Below, in pieces: positions 55,719 through 64,000 of a stretch of 64,000 nt of DNA (within the stretch, counting starts at the first letter, position 1; every line of letters starts with the position of its first letter). Origin of the DNA: Perkinsus chesapeaki ATCC PRA-425 (lineage: Eukaryota; Protista; Perkinsozoa); NCBI GenBank assembly GCA_013115145.1, contig JAAPAO010000106.1, positions 1-64,000 on the forward strand, in the 5' to 3' direction. The notes below the pieces were generated by a model. That model was not told the origin of the DNA, made no database searches, and worked only from the letters and a program-made list of their open reading frames with translations. A program made the position numbers and the translations under genes.

Positions 55719-58700
55719 ACCTTACCGTAATTGGTATGAAGCTTAGTAATGGTCAGTAGGACCACTGGTACATTCCTTGGCTGTGAGTATCTTATTATTG
55801 TTGTTGTCATTGAACCACGTTATCAGATTTCTTATTGAAAGTGGTATTGTGTGAATAGTGCAGACTGGCAAGTGTAATATGGATTCCAACACAAAGAAGA
55901 ACAAATGAGCTTATCACTGCTGAAGTGTCATCAATGTTGATGCACTTTATTGATCGCAAGTATATCCCATAATAGTGATAATCTTACTACTAATCTTCAA
56001 TTATAAATATATCACATTCTCAGCAACTTACGTTTTCTGAGGATTTGGGATATATATAACATATCTCGCCGTTCTGACCATCTGATCACTTAATCCAATT
56101 CATAGACTCAATTCTTTGCAATGTCCTCCTCTTTAATTAATGAAGTAGATGAAAACGTTGAAGTAAATAATACTCTGTATCGTCTCTGTACCAAACCAAT
56201 CTTCAGTCCCTTCAACGTTTAAAGCTTCACGCAGCAGCAACCTGTAGTGAAGATATTTCAGACGAACTAGCCCAGGCCTTTTGGAAGTAGGGCGCTTGCC
56301 GTTTACTAATTTGGCTTATGATTTTCAAATTTCAAGTTGGTCGTCAACCTGTGCGATAGAAACTTTTCATAAAGCTTCATAAACTGAGTAGTAGTTGTGG
56401 TAGGTTGGTGCTAGAAGGCTCAGCTTGCATCTCCTACCTGAGGAGGATCTGCGTGGATCGTCAAAGTCGATTAAGTGACGAATCCTCATGGGAAACGGAG
56501 AGCTCATTTACATCCTCCACGGAGCAGGATGGTTAGAGAGGGAACCGATTGAGTAGATGGCAGTGTTGTAGGTGACTTTATACCGTGGCTCGATGACACA
56601 CCGTCGGTCAGTAGACAACCGATTTATAGTGGAAATAGCGGAATGCAACCCCAGGTAAGGTTATGGTATTACGGAAAATATTTTCCTTGAAATGTTCAAT
56701 AATTTGACAAATAAGTTAATTAAATATATCATCCCATTTCCAGTCGCAACTGCATCCCACAGCACGACAGAATCCATCCTCATCCTCATCATCATCGCCA
56801 TCAGTCTCACCGCAGTCATCACAATCTTCGTTTGAATCCGGTAGCCATCATCTGCTCTGGCACCGTTTTAACTATTTATTTTAGTGTCATCATCCACGCT
56901 AATGATAGAAGGGGCGAACCGACCACCCGCAGATAAAGAACCAGCTGAACTGGTCGGATATGATAGACTCTTCAACTTCCTATTTCATTCTGAATCTCAG
57001 GGTAGACCGTCTCTTGATGAGCCGATTGCTGTAACACAGCCACTGCAGCCATCTGATGTTGCCCTGCCAACAATGGCCCTTACAGTGGGCGATCCCGGTA
57101 AGTGAGTCATATCCCACTTAGTAGTAATTTTTACTATGATAAAAAATACTGTAAAATATCTCCTTAGTAATCATAGAACATTCCCGTCGTGAGTCATCTG
57201 ATGACGGCTTGAAAATTATAATATTGAATAAAACAGGATATTGCTGTGAAGGAATTAGAAGTAGAATAATATACCTTATAATAGACGAGCAAGTTAATAG
57301 TCCAATGCCGCCAAATCACGGGAATCTAAGTTCAATCGGATCAATCTCGGATCAACCTTGGATATGCGATGGTGATGTTGAAAACGGTGATCGCAAAAAA
57401 TGATATATGTTGGAATCTCAGTCTAAGTCTTAGCGATTTAATACTGTCGGTGTTCTATAGATAATATAATGTCAGCAGGTGGAGGCTCATGTGCTGCAAC
57501 AATAGCATCATTGAGCGACTTTCCTCCAGAACTGAAGATTAATGGGAAAGAAGAGCTACTACCGAGACCACAGGCATATCAGGACACTGCGTGGATGAAG
57601 TTCGCCGCCAGTAAGGGTTCACGAGCAACATTATTTATTATTATATTTAGATAACGATCAAGAGCAAGATAAGACAGAACGTGTACCCAGGGTAAGAGGA
57701 GTTACTTTTTTAGTGGCTGTCGTCGCGGAGCGTAGCAAAATGCTGCTATTACTTGTTGTTCATGCGTGCGTCTGTAATCGGCCTTCCGTAGCTTTAAGTT
57801 AAAGGTACGGAAGGTCATTAATCGTCACGCCTTGAGCCTCTAAGTATAGGGATACTAGGAATGATAGGAGAACCCCGGTAACATTAGATCCTACTAGTTT
57901 GCGAGTGAAAACGTTTTTTTCTTGCCAAAATGATGGGCATGGGATTCGAACCCGCGACCGCCTTGCGTTTCGTATCGAACTGCAAAGCATCCAGAATTTC
58001 ACCGCGAACGCTCGGGCGGTTTTTGTATATTATTAACTCGTCGTAATTAGAACCGGAACCCCGGGACAAAATATGATATTTTTCCATTATTTTTTCAACT
58101 CGGCGCCGAGTTTGAGAATCAGTTGCATTTTATTAATTGTAATGTAATTATTCCGTAAAGTGGTTCACGTGAAGTAGATCAAGATTCGCTTTTAATTTGT
58201 CATAGGCGGTCCCACCTCAGGTGAGTGGCCGGCCCTCCAGTGACAGTAGCGGTAAACATCCACCCAGTAGTAAGTCTCCGTTGACTTTCTGTTATCAAGA
58301 TCTATAAGTCCGATATTATATTAATTATACTATATTGAACATACCGGTTCATCGGCGACTTTCATTTTCATATCATATTTCCGAATGAAGGCGTTAGAGT
58401 ACTATCTCGTCTTATCAACTCTCTCGATCCGAAATACGCTAGATCTACATCAAAACTGTCTCTTCCTGCTGCATGCCGGCCCATCTGTCCCCTTCTAGGG
58501 CCAACTGCATCTCGACGGAGCAGTTCTCAGATGACGCCGATCCGCTGCCAAGAACCACTGTTCACGGTGGGGAAATTTGGCATGACAGGCTGGATGGTAT
58601 TGTTATTATTAGGATGATGATGATGAGATGACAGACTTTGTGGTGCCTCAGTTGGATGAAGAGTTAGATGATGATGGTGAGTGGACAGCTGGGGGCAATC

Positions 58701-59039
58701 TATCTTCGTAGAAGTATCTTACCTGTACGAAACTAACGCGGTGAAGATATAAAGCAAACTCTTTGCCTGGACCGGAAGGATTCATCAAATACTGGGACTA
58801 ACATTTCTCAACGGAGACAGTTACGGTGTCGTCGGCATCTCTTCACGAAATCGATTTTTGCGGTTCAAGTCGATCTGAAATTCTCGGATCCGCCGAAGAA
58901 AATCCCGCGGAATTTCGGCGTAAGAGTTTTTTTTCGCTCTCTGTATCGCCTCCGCCCGATTCGGCATTCCTAAACTTTTTCGGGATTTTTAATAATTTCT
59001 AAAGTAGGGTTTCTATATATCTCTATCGGTAGCTTTACT

Positions 59040-60700
59040 GTGATGAATTTTTCGACTGATATTATGTTGACAGATGCCTCCTCCTCTTCATCGTGTGGAG
59101 GCGTGAATCAGACTAGCGACTCTGAAGAGGATGATGAAGATTATGAACCAACAGCTCCTGTGAGAGATAGCTCATCATCATCGGAAGGGAGCAGTGCGGA
59201 GGATAGTGTTAATCATCAAAATACGCCAGTAAGCTTGACCAAAATATTACTCGATCATGCGGTGGCTACGTGGTGGAAGGAATACCCGAAAGTCGTTTTG
59301 ATTTAGCATTTCAAATGACAACCTTTGAAAGTCCACATCACACCTTCCGCAGTTTCGGACTCATGTCGAAGCGTTCTAACGCAGCTTTGCACATGCGTGC
59401 AGCTCCTCGAGAGATAATAATATACAGATCGTAAACGAGGGAAAGTGTATTGCGGTGAGGGCTTAGGGTGAGAATAGAAGGCGGACCCGGGGATCGAACC
59501 CGCGACCACGGTGACGAAGACTCACAACGTATTAGTGTATCCTACTTCAGTTAACGAGATCCGAAAAACGTCGGCGGAAGGCCGGGTATAAAAAACAAAC
59601 ATCACCACCGAAACGGAGGGGTAGGGGGTTCACCTTACCACGGTATCATTCAAGTGCTAGGTCATGACGCGCCCCGGCCACGGCTATCCCTGGTGGACCA
59701 GGGGATCATCATTGATAGTTTCAACACTGAGCTTGGGGACATCTACGCTGTGGAGGTCAAACCAGCGGCAAAAACTCCCCGCTATATCAGGTGGTTTGAT
59801 CGGAAATCATCGGATCCGGACTTGGCCGGACCGGCGATTGCTGAGATGAAGAGAGTGAGGAGAACGTTCCAGAATTGCGCTCATTTTTCTCCAGGCTGAG
59901 ATGCCATTGCACCGGAAGATATTTTTCCTGCTCGAACAGAGGCTTCCTGATAGAGAGCTTCCCCAGGCACCTTTGGACTTGCTGGCGGCAGCGTTCGGAC
60001 GGGCGAAGCTCGGCGACTTGGAGGTAGGGATGGTGGTTTGTTATTATCAATCATGATTCAGAGTGATGCTGTCATTGCTTGGATCGCAACACAGGACCCA
60101 GCTAAGATGACTCACCGCGTTTGTGCCGCGGCAGTGATCGGTTGCGGTGGACGGCGGAGCCCCGGACACTCGCCGAACTTCATCATCCGGCTTTTCACAA
60201 CATCTCGGGATGTGTCCTTCGGACGAAGAAAAGTGAGTGGCAGGCTGTTGCATGTGTTGGTCAATTGAAACTTGTAAAATCGAGCCAGCGGCGAATTATG
60301 TAAGTAACTTCGGACGTATTTTGTGGCGCGTGACGCTTGAGGTTGGTGTATGATAATGATGGTACTGCTAGGAAATCCTCAGTGTCATTGGCGCAATGGT
60401 TAAAATGGATGTCACTTATCAGATGATTCAATAGTAAAGAAACTCAGCTACGTAATACTTCCTTTGTTTAATACAACTTTACTGGGTTCCAGACAAGCTC
60501 CTAGGATTTGCCTTCGCATGATGAAGGACATATTTCATCTGATCAGGTTAGAGTCCGCGGCAATGGTTGGGGAAAGCTCCTACTACAGGAGATAGAGCAC
60601 CATCTAGTGGCAGCTCGTAACTGCCCATACCTCCTAGTTGAGAGCGTTGCCGAAGCCTGGGGGTGTGTAACCCATCTGTCCTCCACCTTCAGATGAGTCA
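59040..60700 (+). CDS. Hypothetical multi-exon protein with possible GNAT acetyltransferase motif (structure unresolved)
   Basis: Acidic N-terminal exon, basic NLS-like exon (EKRRRKAGYKK) and VRVRGNGWGKLLLQEIE resembling GNAT motif A. Confidence 0.35.
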
Positions 60701-61400
60701 GGTTCTGGTCGCACCTCGGTTTCGAACTGAAGAGCTCCAGAACCACGGCGACATCCTCGAGCGACACAGAGGGGTGCGAGTTTGATACCATGCGGATAGG
60801 TGTCTACGCCCAGACTCTCATCGGCGCCAAGCCAGTCAGATCGTTTCGACGGGTATGACAAAGCTGGCCTTCCCCTTGCAATGATATTGTCCATTATCTT
60901 TCCACCAAGTCCTCCTTGAATTCGAGGGCGAGCGATGATAACTCTGCGCTGATGAGGGCGGAGCGAAGCGATTTTTGTTTTACATTTTTGTGGGGGTGCG
61001 CAGTTACTATTGATCGTTGATGACTAATTCAAGCGGTGCTGCTCTATTGAACCTTCTGAATGGCGGGGTATCATCCTCATCGACTAACAAACCGACAGAT
61101 GATGGTGAGATCGCTAACCACCATTGCAGTGTAATAGTTCGTGTCAGGTAAGCATCTTTTGGCCCTTCTTAAAGGTGGTGGCTGCTCTAAAACCGCCTGG
61201 GAGCAGGCCTCGGCAACAACGACATCATCTTCGTCCGAGTCTACTATGTCCCCAATTCTGGACAAGTTGTTTAATAACACCACCCACGAAGAGTAAGCTT
61301 TTCTAGGTTCAATCTTTAAATAATTCTCTTTAGTGAACATGACTGCAGCTACAAACGGTTCCTGTGTTGGTATTGGGAGCATGATCTACCATGCGTCCAC
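60634..61400 (-). CDS. Hypothetical protein (exons approximate)
   Basis: ORFs 61077..61382 and 60634..60894 on the minus strand with GT/AG flanks. No family recognised. Confidence 0.3.
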
Positions 61401-61519
61401 GGCGACAGCTGCAGATTCGCTCATGGCTTCGGTGATATGGGACCAAGTCAAGTTGATGGTGCGTTGGTGACAATAGACGGCTCTGACTTCCCCGCGAGAA
61501 CCATGATTAAGTAAAAGAG

Positions 61520-62305
61520 CGGTATGAGATTCCAAGCAGTCGTGTGATAGGTTCCCTTTGCCGGGCTGTGATGTTCGCTATCAAAGCGGGGTCTTTTCTA
61601 AAGAGGAAAGCGAGCTATTTCTGTCAATGTTAATAAGTGAAAAGTATGTATCCTGGAATAGGGTCGGATATGGCAGAGATGTGGTGCAGTTCTCCAGTCC
61701 AAAGGGGATGAAGTAATATAATAATATAAAAAGTTATTCTGACACCTCTAGCTGTTAATAGGTATAGTTTCTCTGATGAGGATTATATAGCAGATGCGTT
61801 CCCGCCATTTGTTCTTGGAATAATGCATCGGGTGAAGAGTATTATAGAGTAACTCCAAATCCATCTCCACCTTATCTTAGCCTGTCCAATTTAGGCCAAT
61901 ATATGGTGAAGATAAAGTACAGTTCAATTACTGCGTGGCTAATGTTTATCGGTCCGGTAAAGCAGGTAAGTTAGATGGTATCAGTCTTTCTCAAAAAGCT
62001 CTTTGTAGGCGTTACCTATCACAGCGATAATGAACCGGAGCTTCGGCCAGACTGCCCGATTGCTTGTGTCAGTTTCGGAGCGGAAAGGATATTTTCATTG
62101 AAGGCGATGGGAGCAAAGTAATATGGTTGGAAGTATGGGTGGCTTTGAAAGGAGCGGTAGGTCGGAGACAGCATATCATGTCCGCCTGGAGGATGGAAGC
62201 GTTGTGATTATGGCTGGTGATACGCAGAAGAATTATCTTCATCAAATCACCAAGGAGGATCATATCTCTTCACACTATCCGAGGGTGTCGCTGACATTTA
62301 GGTAG
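61520..62305 (+). CDS. ALKBH2/3-like 2OG-Fe(II) dioxygenase (multi-exon; start approximate)
   Basis: YSFSDEDY, FNYCVANVY, HSD iron motif (YHSDNEPEL), IACVSFGAERIF, GSVVIMAG, YLHQI, RVSLTFR. Confidence 0.85.
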
Positions 62306-64000
62306 TAATAAGGCGGTGATTCAGCTTTGGAGGGTCGGGGGGGGGGCTAGTTTGTTCGGATAGGCGACAGTTGTGTGAATTGATAGAGCAGAATCGGATC
62401 AACTATACGGTTTGGTAGAATAATAGGAGTAATACTAGATATATTATAAAGCCATACAGTAGTACTGAGCTGAGTAATAATGTATAGTGTTGCTGAAGAA
62501 TCGGATGAATCGGTGATGGATTTGGCGTGTTCTGAAAAGTATACATTCCTCTTAATTTCACGGCTTCGTGTCGAAACCCTCCTTATTTATTCCATCTTTG
62601 CATTTTTTTCGAATTTGCCTAGTTGGGAATGTTATCTACTATAACTATTATTAATTAACATCATTAATGATCATAATATATTGTTTACTACTGATAAAGC
62701 TATTATATTAATAATGCATACCACTGGGGTCATTTTAATAACTTGTCTCGAGTACAAGACGGTGAAGTAGAGAGGTTTTGAGTGATTGATAGTAGAGGAG
62801 GATTGTTGTTGTTGATATAATAATATGCTTATTTAGGGTACATCACACGGGAAAGAAGGATAAGCTATGATGTAGCTACTGGTCAATAGCCTTCTCGATT
62901 GGAATTGTTGTTGCATTAATATTACCACAGTTGTGTGGTTGTTGGCTTGCTTTATTTACGAATGACACATTTTTGTTGAAGTCGAAGTAATAGGGAGGAT
63001 AGCACGCAAAAGACCGATGTTGAGTTATAGTTTTCACGTGGGTTCGATCCGCAGCAGGGGCATTTTTAAAATGTACAGGCCTAAAGGACGTGTTATGATG
63101 ACTAAGGTGACGGGGCCTCGGGAAGATAATGCTGCTGATGGTGGAGGGTCATCATCACCACCTGGGAAGGGTAAAGGAAATAATAGGGAGGGCAAGACAG
63201 CAGAGAGAAAGGAGGACTTGATGGTAGTATGGGAAGGGGGAGAGAGAAGTCCATGACCGGTGGTTATGGTGCTGACTGAATTCATACATTCAAGTAGGGT
63301 GGCATGGGATGATATAACAATATAAAAGCCACGACAAGGATTGGTCTCTTTTCAATTGAATGGAATCGAATCGTTTACATCCTTACTATTATTTTTATAC
63401 TTTCAAAATAATAGAACTGGAACTAGTTGTTATTCATAACCAGCAACAAGTAAGTGATTGGAAGCGATATAACTGATTAGGCAGATAGAGTCTATTAGGT
63501 GTTGTTTCATAGGCTTATACGGATTTGTTACTCATTGTGTGATGATCGAAAAACTAAAGGTATAGTGGTATACTATAGAAGTGTTGATGAGATACGAGAA
63601 GGTGAATGTTGAATAGATTGTTGCCGTTGGTAGGCAGTTGAATAAACGTTGTTATAGTCTTCATCTAGAATAGGTTTGATAGCTTTTAAAAGAATAGTGG
63701 AGTGGCACCTATAAATTGATAAAATGATAAGGGGTATTGGTATGTTTTTATGATACCATGTAGGTTAATAAAGAAAGCACGCCACCACCTGGAAAGGGTA
63801 ATAGAAGGGGAGGAGGTAAAGGAAGGAAAGGAAATGATTACGATAATAATAGTAGCAAGCCACGTGGAGGAAAAGGGTAATAAAGGCTGAGGGGCGGCAA
63901 GATGTCTTAATTGAGGCTGCTGCTGCTGGTTGGGGAAGCTGTTCCGAAAGTATACTTGTTAAATATATGTCTCCTGGCTTAGCTCCTGATGAACTGTGTC

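Noticed and set aside
55900-58100. Gene models from ORFs 56884..57105, 57469..57654 (+) and acidic/Cys segments on -
   Set aside because: Coding strand and exon chain could not be resolved and no family was recognised, so no feature is reported.
58097-58112. Perfect 16-bp palindrome AACTCGGCGCCGAGTT
   Set aside because: About one such palindrome is expected by chance in 64 kb.

Overview
Gene-dense eukaryotic genomic DNA with many short (about 30-65 nt) GT-AG introns, an alveolate-type actin and a pepsin-like protease of a kind expanded in Perkinsus; most consistent with a Perkinsus-like alveolate (inference). Recognisable genes: actin, tRNA-Thr(AGT), UTP21/WDR36, IFT74, a coiled-coil/STPG-repeat protein, an RRM+KH protein, SAR1, ISY1, an A1 aspartyl protease, an EamA-type transporter, an LDAH-like hydrolase, an isovaleryl-CoA-dehydrogenase-like ACAD, an SPX-RING-RING protein, a DIPP-like Nudix hydrolase, a patatin phospholipase, frataxin, an Lnt-like nitrilase-fold membrane enzyme, RNR small subunit and an ALKBH2/3-like dioxygenase. 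There is also a five-member family of 3-exon secreted-protein genes (two apparently decaying) and a 31-bp minisatellite. The most unusual observations: (1) an 831-aa protein with a possible organelle-targeting N-terminus, OPR/HPR-like helical repeats and a C-terminal HxE...PCxxC zinc-deaminase motif, an architecture analogous to plant PPR-DYW RNA-editing factors; (2) several tiny introns that consist largely of the 3' third of a tRNA (variable loop, T-arm, acceptor strand, oligo-T) in conserved register; (3) an SPX-RING-RING gene about 150 nt upstream of a DIPP-like inositol-pyrophosphate hydrolase; (4) an intronless Lnt-like gene next to a pseudo-tRNA and a double hairpin. All exon structures were reconstructed by eye; no database searches were run.
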